A stretch of 64,000 nt of DNA from Phoronis australis (Eukaryota > Animalia > Phoronida), in contig NMRA01000217.1 in assembly GCA_002633005.1 (NCBI GenBank), forward strand, positions 372,001 through 436,000, in the 5' to 3' direction. The notes beneath the pieces were generated by a model, which saw only the letters and a list, made by a program, of their open reading frames with translations, had not been told where the DNA came from and did no database searches. The translations under genes were made by a program, and so were the position numbers. Below, piece by piece: positions 11,701-24,302 of this stretch (positions within the stretch are counted from its first letter, which is position 1; every line of letters starts with the position of its first letter).

Positions 11701-14448
11701 AAGGGGACAGCTGACATTGATTTTCCGAGGACTTCCAACTTCTGTGGCACCTTCTAGTGGCAGTTTTGTTTATTTTTTTTGTGCCCATACCTGTGTCCTC
11801 TAAACCCACTGCAGGAGCTTTATTTAATTTAACAAATGTATTGAAATGAAGTTGATTACAGACGACAATGACTTCTGGATGGATTCAACAACTACTGTGC
11901 CCCCAAGTGGCAATTTCATTTTTTCCATTTTCTTCTGTTTCTCTGAAGTTCCTTAACAGATTTTTATAAAATTTAATAAATAGCTTTGTATTAAAGAAAT
12001 GTTGACATGTTCCCGTTTTCAGATGGATTCAACGTATTTCGCGCAATCTAATGACCATTTTTACCGTTTTCGAGTTTTTTTTAGCACTCATGCCTCTATC
12101 AACAAAACCTTTCTATTAAAGAAATGACATGTTGCTGTTTTCGAATGGATGTGACATATTTCGTGCAATCTAGTGTCCATTCGTAGGATACAAATTGACA
12201 CCTCTAGAAGCCCACCGTTTGCAGTGCATCAGTGGGTGCATTTCAACACTCTGCTTTGCTCTTGTTTATCTTTACCTCTGTATTTTCAAAGGTCCTTTAA
12301 TAGCGGATTTTCATAAAATTTAGAAAATGGATGTGTTTTAGAGAGATATCGCCACCACCACGTTTATAAATGGATCCAAGGTATTTTGCGCCACCTCGTG
12401 GTCAATTTTAGTGTCTTCGAGTTTTTTGGCATCCGCCCCTCTATCAAGCAAACCATTATAAGAGTGATTATAAAAATTGGTGTATATATTCCTACTGGGA
12501 AGAGGAAGGTTGGGGATGATTTTGGGGGAGCACTGACTAGTGTGACTCCTTGTGGCAGTTTTTTGTTTTTTTTGCATCTGTGGCTTCATCCCCTGAACCC
12601 TCTGCAAGGTCTTCGTTAAATTGGGCAAGCGTATTTGCTGAAAGGTGGTAACAAATGATAATGACTTTCAAGTGGATTTGACTATGGCTGTGACCCCTAG
12701 TGGCAATTATATTTTTTCCCATTTTCTCTGTATGTTTCTTAACACCATTTTATGAAATTTGGCAAATAGGTGTCAGGTGTCTCTGTTTTCATATGGATTT
12801 GACATGGTTTATGCCTCCAAGTAGACATTTTTATTATTTTGGAGTTTGTTTTTGGTGCCCATCGCTCTTTCTACCAAACCACTCTAAGAATCGTAATGAA
12901 AATTGGTACATGTGGTAAGAGCATGACTGCCAATGATTTTTGGACAGTTTTGACTACTGTGGGTCCCCCTATTGGCTGTTCTTTTTTCGTATCCACACCT
13001 GTTTTGTTACTGATGAAAGGCGATGCTTGGCAGATGGTTTCGTGGAATTATTTTCATTTACAACTGGCATTGAACCATTCTGTTCTGCGCAAAAATGCTC
13101 ATTTAAAATGTATTTTAATGTACATTTCATTAGAAATTAGTTGAACAAAGTAAAGATAAATTATCCTCTTTTAAATTAACAGTAACGCCTGCAAATCACA
13201 TCCCACTGGAACTTTAAACTGCATAGAATGAAAAAATCGACCCAGCTCAAGGCTTGAGTGTGTTAACTAGGTCAGCCATACCACCGAAATTAGTCTATTA
13301 AGCGAAGATCTGACCTATGCAACTTTAACTTAAACTAAAATTTCACCAATTTGCCAAAATTGAACAAAGGCTTCTTGCCCACATTTTCACATTATCTGAT
13401 GGTAGACCTCAACGGTGATAAACACATTTAAGCAGTGCTACTCATATTTCTTTGAATAAGACGAGATGATACTTGTCCATCATATCTGTTGTGTCAAAAA
13501 TTGGCACGATTTTATTTTGGTAAAGTCAACAATTTTTTTTTCGTGTCCTCATGGGTTTCACTCTACCTTTGTTACAGGAACCGCCCAGTCAGTAGGTTGT
13601 ACTGTTGATGGCATGGCGCCACATGATGTCATTGACCAGATTAACGATGGATCTATTGAGGTGCCGCAGGTGAGGAGAATATAATTGCACGCTCTGTATT
13701 TTCTGAGGTCATATCAAAATGAACTACGTCCAGTATAGCCATGTTGTTTCCCAAAAAACTGCAATGGTGTTGTGGCTAACCAGTGTTTGCTCTCCACAAA
13801 TAGAATTCTTTTCTCATGTACTGTTGATATTTCAAGCTTATGTCCTTCCACTGTCTTGCCAGGAGGCCTGAGCAAACACGCGCTTGGCAAACTAAATTTT
13901 CATGACACCGGCGATAATTCAGAGCGTTTCTTCAAAGTACCGTGATATTCTTTTAACAGGTAGCCAGTCAAATCTAGTTTGTACGTGCTTGCTTCTGATT
14001 CTGACAGTGGGGCAATGTCTTAATTTAATTTGTGTTGCTTTCACCATGGTTCGGATGGTACACTACCACTTCACAGGGATGACACATATTAACTATTTCA
14101 TTAAAAGTTGTTTGTAGTAAGCATTAAGGTCAACAGTATCTCCAATCCATTACACTACATGCTCGTTTTAGTATAATAGGAAGGGAAATTTTCATAACCC
14201 TTGGCTAGTAACTTTTTCCATTGAATCCATAAAGATGTGGATCTGGACACCATTCTTGTAGTATTACTGATGTAGATAGTGTTGCAGTCTGCTAACCTAA
14301 GGTATTTCTTTGTTGCCTTTCATTGACGTTCAAATACTGGCTTTTCTTTTCACCAAACTACATATTAAGAATGGTGATGTTGCTACTTAATTTAGATTTC
14401 CACACTGACTTCAACTTGAACAGCTTTGTTTCTTTTTTGCAGGATTAA
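8750..14448 (+). CDS. RPL12: 60S ribosomal protein L12 (uL11), 165 aa, 5 coding exons
   Basis: Exons 8750-8786, 9630-9703, 10416-10704, 13578-13669, 14443-14448, all GT-AG and in phase (498 nt). [69 protein letters not shown]...[15 protein letters not shown]...EVPQD*. AATAAA at 14494-14499. Confidence 0.98.
10724..13000 (+). mobile_element. Helentron-associated non-autonomous element (HINE/DINE-1-like) with degenerate internal tandem array, in RPL12 intron 3
   Basis: T-tract start, perfect 11-bp hairpin ATGCGCCCACA/TGTGGGCGCAT (10732-10761), GTCTGTCC motif, about 12 degenerate units containing GCCCCCTAGTGGC and GATGGATTC, 3' subterminal GTGGGTGCAT (12232) then CTTGTTT (12267); related units continue to ~13000. 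Confidence 0.65.
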
Positions 14449-17124
14449 AGATCAAGTCTTCGAATTTGATCATTTTTAACTAAAATGGTTGAAAATAAAG
14501 GTATAAAAATGGAAAGTTCCGATTGTTTTTCCTTAAGTGCCAATGCCATCTATTCATCTTGTCTTTTACATGCACACAAATATGGTCGGAGTTGTTCCAG
14601 TCATATTTATAATTGGACCAAATACCAGTCGTGAATCAATGATTGACTAGGGTTGAATCTGACGGGGTAGACATTGGGCCAGTTTAGATTTCTCCTGAAC
14701 AGGATGATCTCTGAGCCGCTGGATCTATTACAGAATTTACTTGAAATTTGGGTTCAGATGTTAAAAGAAATCTTTCTTCATCTTGTGGATGTCAAGTCCT
14801 CAAAGTAGCAAGTGTTACACAGCTGAAAGGCCACGTTGCATTCAAACTTGTTCTTTGAAAATGGAAGGTGCATGTGAATATGTACACAGATAGAACCCTT
14901 GGACTTTGGTATACTACAGATTTCTCTTTAAAAATGTTTGGAATCATTTTGGGAGGTATTCCAACTACTTATACAGGCATGCACACACACACGAGCAATG
15001 TTCACATAGTCACTTTGCTGATTTCATGTCCTGCACTAGGAGATTCGCATCTTCCAATGTTCAAGCATTTTGTGCAAGCAATTTTGCAAAGAATATTGGT
15101 ACTTATTGTAAGCAGTTAAACCACTTTAAACCCTTTTTTTGTCATAACAAATCTCATCTTGTAACCGACTGTATATCTTTCGGGACATCCGTGGAACACT
15201 AAAAAGAAGGTATGCAATACATGTTTCTCAGTGTGAACGAAAAAACCAGTGACTTCAAACTCGTATAAAGTTCAACCTATATATTGAACACAAGGGTTTT
15301 ACAGAAACATCGACGATGGTTGCGTTCTAGTAGGTGACAACTTCCAGGTATATTGAATAACGGTCTGGCTTGTGACAACCTGGCGTACACGATGACTCAT
15401 CTGACATCCAATTGTCAAAGTGTATGTTAAAAGTGGTAGATTATTCGAACCGCGAATGCCACTTCGGAATGAGACGTGCAATAAGTAATTAAAACCATGA
15501 TTTTTATACAACAATCTAAGATGACCAAAAATTTGTAATTTAACCAAAACAGTTACTCTCCCCTCTAAGGAACACTGAGCGCCCAGTTGTGTTTGCTGTT
15601 AGGGCAGCGGACGGATGTGTCAATGACGTCACACCTCATGACGTAATAGATTTAGACCCGTTAGAGAGGCACCTCGATGCTTTCGTGGCACGTTTTGCGC
15701 TCATCGCAACGGATTGAGAACCGAAACAAAAGAGGGATTACTCTGCTGAATAAGAGCAAAAGGTTGATTATTTCGCGTGCGCCAAGTGTCGTCGTGGTAT
15801 ATTGTATTCATTCATCAAAAACAAATGTTGCGTATATTCCGTTACAAAAGGGGATATTCACCCAACTCATCAACAGATGCCGCGTAATGTCTAACCCAGG
15901 TACCGACGGTACTAAACTAATAGTATTAATAGTAAGATGTGACCACCTAAAGTAGATCATAAAACTGATATTGTTTAAACATGTATTAATGACAAAGTAA
16001 ATTCGAATACACTACAAAAAATCATCAACGTTTCTGTGGTCACAAATTCAACTTTGAACCTGAGTTTAGGTTATAAACTGCGCTGACTGTTACTTAAAGA
16101 ACTGATAACGTTTCTTCACCCTTCACAAATTTGAGCAAGCTCTGTTGATCGGTTGCTTACAGACCAACCTGCTTTCTAGGAAGTTCTACTGGAATTTGAA
16201 CGTATCTGCGATAATAATTTTCATAGAAGCGAGTGCAAAATTAAAAGCATGCACGTCCCAGGGGCGTGCAAATTGGAAGAAGCTCCAATGCCCAGCTGTT
16301 GGTTAGATTAAAACCTCGCAGCAGCATTTTAATAGATGAAATATGGTTCTGCTAGTCACATTCATGCATTTCTTCTGCTGAAGCTGGTCTACAGGTTGTA
16401 CTTGAAACTCGCACTTTTTTCCAGTCCCGAAGAAATATCGGTGGCGTAATTTTTTTAATCGAGTGGGTTATCTGCAACTAGTAATCTGATTTGTTTGTGC
16501 AATGGAACGCTTTTGTTTATTTGTTCTGTACCTTTACTCATCAGCCTAAAATCAGAGAAACGCTTGAATTGCCCATTCATTTTATTTAAGCAAACTCACT
16601 GGTTAAAATTCAGCTCACAGCAGAAAAGTGGTGGCTGTGGGAAATATATGTATGTGCAGCGTACTTATACTATCTAAAAAACAACAACAAAAAAAAAAAC
16701 GAAAAGCGCTCAGCACGGAGGTAGTTATATTAGTCCATTAGATTCTACTTATTCATCATATTCGGCGGCAATGCAGCATATTTCACGGCTCAGTTGTTTT
16801 GCGAAGTGGTCAAGTCGAAAGAAACACTTTTCCATGCACTGAAATTTATTCATATTTGCCAAGTGATATAAGCTAGCATTCACATCTAAGTGGAGTTTCG
16901 TCCACGGCAATAAAGAAAGGCAAGCAGAGCTTTGGTACTCCCACCGCTATAATAATTATATAATTTGTAATTTCAAAGGTCATTAACACATGTAAAATGA
17001 TAAAGTCGTTTCCAAGTGTAGTTACTGACACTTCTAGTAGCTAAAAGCTGGAGCATAAAATGTTGCACCCTGGGAAAAGTAATCATCTGTGGCGGAAAAG
17101 CATCTTTTTACGAACTGCGCCGAA

Positions 17125-20100
17125 CTAGCCGCAAGTTTGGCACCGACACGTGGGGCAGCCGTTGTTGTCGTAGATCCTGCCACATGGACATAGGTTCTTG
17201 CACAGGGGAGGACACTTCGGACAACGTTTGCATTTGCAGATGGGACAGCCGTCAACCACCACGTTTCCACACGGACAGTAAATCTGGCAGAGTACGGGAG
17301 AGCACTTTTTGGCTAAAATATACGGGAATGCCCATAAGCATACATGAAAAATTTAGTTTAACTATGCTATAAAACATACCAGAAACAACTTTGTGATTTA
17401 AACCATGCCGTTATAAAACTGGTCTCAGTTTGCTCCTTGGGCTACTCTGATGAGAAGTGATGCTTAGGCTTGGGAAGCACTGCTAGGTTTTATTGCCAGA
17501 GACCTTGTAGGCTCGGACGACTAGTTGATTTGTAACAGTGCCGCGGCTCATCTCATGTGCCGACCACGGTCCCGAGCAATGACACACTACCAGGTCTCAG
17601 TTTTTACCATAAATCTCGATATCATCTGCCGGAGTATAAAGGACAAGTTACGAACAAGTTGGTGGGAATTATTTGGACTGCACGAGCATGCTTTAAATTT
17701 AGTGGAGACAGTCTCAAGTGGCTCAGTGGTTTGAGCTCCGGACTCCGGTTTGGGAGACCAGGGTTCGACTATCCTGGTTTTTAGTGGCTGACAAACGAGC
17801 ATTGCACAAAGGTGTCTCTGAGCTCGGTCTTACCAGTGAATGTATGCAAGAGAATGAATGAGAACCTGGATATAATGCAAACGCTTTTCCTGGAGTTGTA
17901 CTTAAAAATCATGCTTTCAGTGGTAAGATTAAGTACAACGCTGAGTATAATTGTTCAAACTTATAGGTAGGCCTACTTTACTTTTAAACAGAGGCGCGGA
18001 CGTGATCCGACTTACCGCAAACACATTCTCTCCTGCGGGCAAAGAACCAGACAGTCCTCCTGCGGCGGCACCACCAGAATCTGCACCATCGTCTGCAACT
18101 ACCGTGGGCAAGAAAAACTACGGAGCGCGTCTGACATCTTCCTTTCTGTGGAACGTCGCACGCAGCGCTGGAAAACGGCGAAAGCAGAACAACAAGTGAA
18201 AGAGATCTCACAACGTGAAGTTCAGGAGCAACTTAATGCTGATAAACTAAAACGTCTATAAACACAATTTATATGAGAGACTGAACTGGCAAATACAAAA
18301 ACTATATTATACAGTGTTAATACTGGCGAAACTTGAATATGACGTTCGTGTGGCATTAAAGATGGGTTTCGGGCATTTCAGATGGTGCACGATGATTGGT
18401 TCTCGTACATGTATTTACGAACCATTAATGGGTCCAAAAGCCCTTATATCTTCGGTCGCACAACCGGTGGCATCTTTAGGAAACGTCTGCCATCCGAGTC
18501 ATTCATGACGAACTATCTCAGCCTACTCGAGTGTAAGGAAAATTGACACTCGACGTCCTCTTCGTGTTTTCCCTCGGCTTCGTTTGATACTTAACCACGA
18601 ATCTTACAGAGCACTGGTAACATGACCATTGGCACATTTTTTTTCAATTTTTCTGAATTAAAATTCAACTCAAAACTGTACCTACATGAAATTATCGAGT
18701 ACTTACTTTTCCTTACGACAAACTGTGTTCTTCACAGGCGTGGTGTAATACACTCCGTTGTAAGATCTTGAATAAAAAGTCCTCACTTCGCATGGGTTGG
18801 GATTTGGTGGCGCTGTTGTTGGTGGCCGCGTTGTTATTGATGGCGTTGTTGTTGATGGCGGCGCCGTTGTTTCATTTCCCACTTCCTTTCTCTCTTCCAA
18901 GCTTATGTCTTCGTCTGTGGCTGCCAACTCATCATCAAACGTCTCTTCAAAGTTTCTCTCATCGAAAATATCAAACCCATCTTCAACGTCATCTTTCACG
19001 TCATGTGCAAGCGCCTGCAGGGACAGGCAGAGCAGGAGTACGCCGAGGACAGTCTGTAAGTATAAGAATAGCGGTTCGTTGCCAAGCTACGCTCAATTAT
19101 CTGATAACTCGGAACATATAGGAACACCAAAGCATGGAAAGCTAAATTAAATAAGTAATTTTTTCACTAAATCAGTGAACCGGCATATTTTCACAATTTT
19201 CTGTTTGGAATTAATTTGGCTATACGTTAGGTATTCATGTATCAAAGTCCCTAGGCCTGTCGACCCCCTGTATTCATTTGCACAAAAACTAAACGATATG
19301 CAGTACATGTAGAAATCCGCAACAAAAGTTTTGATTGAGGTAAAGTAATTTTTAATATTACTGGTTTAATGTACATGTAGGCCTACAAATTACATGTACG
19401 ACACTCAATAAGGTAGATCCTTGCAACAATTAAAAATTCTTGAAATTAATTAGCTTTAACTGTTAATAAATAATTTAGTGACTTGTGGAAATTAGACTTC
19501 CATTACAAAGCCAAAACAAACGAACGAAATCTAAAATGAAACGCGGAGAAATCAAATGTGAAACTGTTTAATTGAAGATTACAGTATGTTTAACCATTCA
19601 ACTGTTGACAAGACAGTGTTTTCTGGCATCATTACTTTGCAAGGGCAAATCAAAGCGGTTTACATTTCCACACGCCCTTGGCACAATGAACAACCAAACA
19701 CAGGGCTTTTTAAAACGAAGGCCAATGATTAAACACAAATTAACAATAGCGCACTTTATTTTAAATGAGTGCAAAAACTTAATATCAGCAGAATATCTAT
19801 TTGCGAGAGATAAAAGAAATAAATATTTACAAACTCTTTGATCTTGGTCGCTTAACACAATGGGTTGGTGTAAAATACTTATACGTTTCACACATACCGA
19901 ACTTGTTATTATAGACATGGGAAGTCATGATCGACCGTGATCTTGCCGTTACATTGTACGAGACACACTTCAATAAGAAACAACACATCCAACACTCATT
20001 TCTTTTTACGCCGTTGTATGTCAGCAAAAAGGTTAATATATCATAATAACCGTTTTTTTTGAACTGAGTTCCCAAAATTCACCCAGTTACCTGGACCCTC

Positions 20101-21385
20101 AATTAATTGCAACTGTCAAGTTTAATACAATAATGCTTTTATGCTGGTGCGCATAGACTTTTAAAAACTTTCCTTCCTTTACTCACGGTTTATAATACAG
20201 GAGGAATTTCGTAGGTGGAAAGGTATGATCCCTAAAATATAGATTTCGTAATTTTCAGCTCTGTTGGAATTTGTCTCGTTTTACCATCAGTTTTTAATTT
20301 AAACAATGGCGAGGCCATGTGAGACACTACAAGATTACGATTTACATTAAAGTATGCATCTTACATGTTGAGACTACCTAAAACCATTGAACTAGTGATA
20401 CTTGGTATTACGCATGCTTGCCGGAGAATTTTAATTGGTTACGAAACGCCCTTCATATGCCAGAAGAAAACCTTACCATTACAAAAGTGTTTGAAGCCAT
20501 GCACCAGCCGCGCGAAATGACCACTGTTTCCAGAGACAGCGAGCGATACGATCAGTCCTCACACGGGACTACTTCTAATTTGAACAAAAAACAAGTTGAG
20601 ACCGGTTTTACAAGAACAGCTGACCTAATTTATTCAAATCTAGTTCTTGTGGCGGAACAAGTAGAACACATTTAAATAAGATTTTGTTAAAAGGATACCA
20701 AACCCGGTTTTAACATATACTAAAAACAACTTTCCAATACAGTTCTCTGAAACAAAATAATGCTCAGTTACCCTCGACAACACTCCAAAGTTTGGAGGAA
20801 AACATGAAAATTCCTTTCAAAGTCTGCTATAAGGGCAAGCGTAACCTACACTTTAGCTAACCCGGCAACTGTGGGAAATAAAAACCGGCCAAGGACCACA
20901 CGGTCCAATATATCACATAAGAAGAATGAGTTTTTAGTTAATTCCTGTCTTTAACTTGGAAAATTGACACCAATGATGCATTAGCAGGTGGCAGAATGGG
21001 GATTGGTAGAAATCGTCAAAACGGGGCTCAGTATCCTTTTAATAATAAAAAAACTTGTTGTGTTAAAAAGGGGAACGTCCTTTTAATGAGCTGAAATACG
21101 ACACGTTTTTCCACCATTTAAGACATTTGTCACATTGATGGAATGCAACAGTATCATAAACTAGCAGACGGTTTTTAATATCAACTCATTCAGTCATAAA
21201 TTTAAATGCTTAAAACGTGTTTTACATTATGATCTCTCCTTATAATGTCTTTGTCATGTTTATATATAAACATTACAAAGACACATCATAAACCAAAATC
21301 CATGTCAGTCACGTTTCAGGTAATACATGTATCTTATTTGACCTTTTTTCGGTTATGTGATCCTTCTCACTAGTAAGCCGCCCAT
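17125..21385 (-). CDS. Secreted cysteine-rich protein, 233 aa: signal peptide, acidic pro-region, Thr/Pro linker, Spaetzle/neurotrophin-like cystine knot, two antistasin-like repeats
   Basis: Four GT-AG exons in consistent phase: 21385-21371 (MGGLL), 19053-18707 (TVLGVLLLCLSLQALA...DDVEDGFDIFDE...CEVRTFY...VCRKE), 18167-18016 (NAACDVPQKGRCQTRS...RECVC), 17312-17125 (AKKCSPVLCQIYCPCG..DGCPICKC...GCPTCRCQTCG*); 702 nt with no internal stop. Confidence 0.85.
17715..17890 (+). mobile_element. tRNA-derived SINE (family also at 31660-31810)
   Basis: A-box TGGCTCAGTGG (17719-17729), B-box-like GGTTCGACTATCC (~17762); body CGAGCATTGCACAAAGGTGTCTC...GTATGCAAG...TAATGCAAA matches the reverse complement of 31660-31810. 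Confidence 0.7.
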
Positions 21386-21806
21386 AGGCTACAGGCTCGT
21401 CTTGTCTGTATTTGCCAGAACTACATGTACCAATGGGCTTGGTCTCTGGGGCCATTTTCAAGTTTGAGTCAAAAAGCCATCTGTCAATTGGTCGTCACTT
21501 CGTCGATTATACTCCCACTGACACGGCAAAACACATCGCCTTCTTATTTGGTGTGGCAAAACATAGACGTGGCACATTTCCCTTAGATGGAAATGTGACC
21601 TTTGACCGTTGACGTAAACAAAATAATATGGCAATTCCAAGCAGCAGCTCTCACTGGCACTCTTTCACGGCTCTACGAAAGGTAGGGCCACTTTTAGATG
21701 ACGCCTGTGTCAGAGAGTCTCGCTTGTTCCCTGCGTGTCCGAACACGCAGCCATCATTCAGTAGCACGCGTTTTATCACTGGTTGATGTAACCTCGGCAG
21801 CCATTG

Positions 21807-22587
21807 TGTCAGAATATAGTCTGACAGTATTTTTAGTTGTATTGTTTTGTTTTGTTATTCTGTTTGATTGGCATGACCCGGCCCTGAGTTAAGTACCATG
21901 ATGATGTAATTTGTTTACTACAGAATAGTATGGAACTTTCTAGAAGACTGAGGTCAGAACAGTGATGATGTAATTTGTTTACTGTAGTATAGTGTGGAAC
22001 TTTCTAGAAGACTCTAGCATGACAGTGATTAATGCAGTCTGGAATAATCTAGAGACTAGTACGTTGTTTGTAGAATGATTGGGTAGGTTCCAGAAAGTTC
22101 TGGTATGTGCTTGAATTGAAGAACAATGCATTAGGCTATAAATACACAAGCACGGGTTTGTGTTAGTCTGTTGAGTCCAAGAAGGTCAAGACCGGAGATC
22201 AAGACAGTTCACAAGAAGATCACGTCAGTTAATCAAGAGAAGATCAAGTCAGTTCAAGACAGTTACAGTTGAGTTGCAGCCAAGAGAATCAGCAGTTACA
22301 GCGATAGTCAATAGAGAGCCAGCTACAGAGACAGCAGGTTATTGAATCGAGTGTAACAGTTGCTGGACTGTATCTCAGAAGTTCAATACAAGTCAAGGCT
22401 TCGCAGCACTGGCTGGAGCATAAACAGACATTACGTCGGACGTTTTGTTTGAGTAGGCTTGTGAACGTACGGTCGGGATTAATAAAGGATTAACTCGAAC
22501 CAGTCTTCGGTCAATCTTCGCACCGAAAGCTATTAGCACCGGTCTGTAACAACCTGCGCCCACCCACACACGGGGAAAAACGTGACA
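21807..22587 (+). mobile_element. Solo LTR (781 bp) with 5-bp target-site duplication
   Basis: Begins TGTCA, ends TGACA, flanked on both sides by CATTG (21802-21806, 22588-22592); internal ~64-bp direct repeat (21899-22012), TATAAATA (~22137), AATAAA (~22481). Confidence 0.85.
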
Positions 22588-23129
22588 CATTGGTTAGCTT
22601 TACAGACAAAGTAAGAAAATGGCGCACTACGTTTTGTAGCCTTGTCAATGGCATGACAGCAAATATTTCGTTTCTGTCAATGCGGTTTAATAGCTGCGTG
22701 CTTAAAGCACATACATGGACAGATGCACACACATCTGGCCGATTTAACCAGTGTATTGTTCATACTGTGTGAATACAGAAGAGCAACATAAACAAAAGTT
22801 CGGCAACAATGAGAATAATGCACTCCGAAAAGGCACAATCACAATTTTCTGATTCACATTTCTTGAACATGAGTTAAGCACCGATTTGTCTGTAAACCTA
22901 GGTCCAATATCAAATGTATATTACTCCCAGGTCTGGTATAACAAACCACAAATAGTATCCACATTTACACTTCCTCCATCAGTCGATTTGTTCACGTAAA
23001 GCGCTACCTGTTGAGAATTCAACCTACCAATCTGAAACGCCGGTGTAATATTTCCCGATACCTGCGTGTTCACTACCACCTCAGTAGCTGACAGGGAACC
23101 AGCGAATCAGAGGGTAAGCAATATGCAGG

Positions 23130-24285
23130 TCGAATGGAGAATCTTGACCAAGCACCTTGACCAATATTCAACAGCTTTAGATCGTTTAATTGCTGATATA
23201 TATTGAAACCAACCTCTTTTGGCTTAGTGTTGGTATACATAATCATCACAGCCGTTCTTCTAGGGAATGAACCATTGACGGAGCTTATATGTTTTGTCTG
23301 CCGGACCGTTGTTGACTAACGAAACACTACCAAAAATATCTGAAGAGAATAGAACCTAACCGGTACATCACCATATAGAATTCAAGTACAATTCAAAAAA
23401 ATATGGATGGATGGATTTCAACCTTAGTAGAAGTTATGATTTGTGAGTTGCCAAAGAAAATCTCGGGCGGTGTGGTAGCAAAGTTAAGGTACATGCTCTC
23501 CAAAGGTTTGAAGCATTGAGGCTACACATTGAAATATGCATTTCACCTGCTGAATTACATAGCTGTTGGTACGTATAGCTACAAACTTCTCACCGAAAAC
23601 CGCCGCGGCACTCGACAGATTCTCAACACCACGTCGGGGTATTATGTAACAGCCAAAAGTGATTTATCAAAATTCTATATGCATTTTTGACATAAAGGAT
23701 TAATTTTCATTATCCTAATTCACCTATCGTCTTCACTTATCGTCTTTGAAACTGAAATTTACCGCATGGTGAAAAGATTTATTATATACAGTTTATTGGG
23801 TGAACGTTAAGTGACCATTATTGACCAATGAGTACGCCGAAAAATTGAACAGCAAAATCGGCTCATTTGACCCACTTAAAAAGTCGGTTACCATGGTCGC
23901 GTTCTTTGAATATACCCGCATTTCGAGGCCGAGCGACCTCAACAGGTTTGTTGATTTTCTGAACGCTGTCATCCTTATCAGTACGTTACTAATAATTATA
24001 CAAAGTTTTTAAACAAAGAGTTGATTCAACGCCGGACACAAAGATTTCTTTTCCACACAAAGTTGCCACTCACTCCACTGAGGGACTTACGCGGCCTCGC
24101 TGGTCCCCTACGTGCCTAGTACTGACCACCTAGCGGCACGCAGGGAACCAGCGAGGGACATACGCTTCCGTCGGATCCTGCCGGGTTGATGAACTCTCTG
24201 TGGCAAATCGCGCGCCCTCCGCCTGGTGTGACATCTGCATCTGTAGAAGTATAGGTCAAGATGTTTGGTCAAGATTCTCATTCTA
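23130..24285. mobile_element. ~1.15-kb inverted-repeat-bounded non-autonomous element
   Basis: GAGAATCTTGACCAAGCACCTTGACC (23137-23162) is the reverse complement, with 2 mismatches, of GGTCAAGATGTTTGGTCAAGATTCTC (24254-24279); no transposase ORF inside. Confidence 0.6.
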
Positions 24286-24302
24286 ACAAGGAGAGTAGTA
24301 TA

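Noticed and set aside
11172-13144. Several 60-130 aa ORFs in RPL12 intron 3
   Set aside because: They fall within the degenerate repeat array and have no recognisable protein features.
18768-19150. Plus-strand ORFs of 117 aa with hydrophobic runs
   Set aside because: Antisense shadows of exon 2 of the minus-strand secreted gene.
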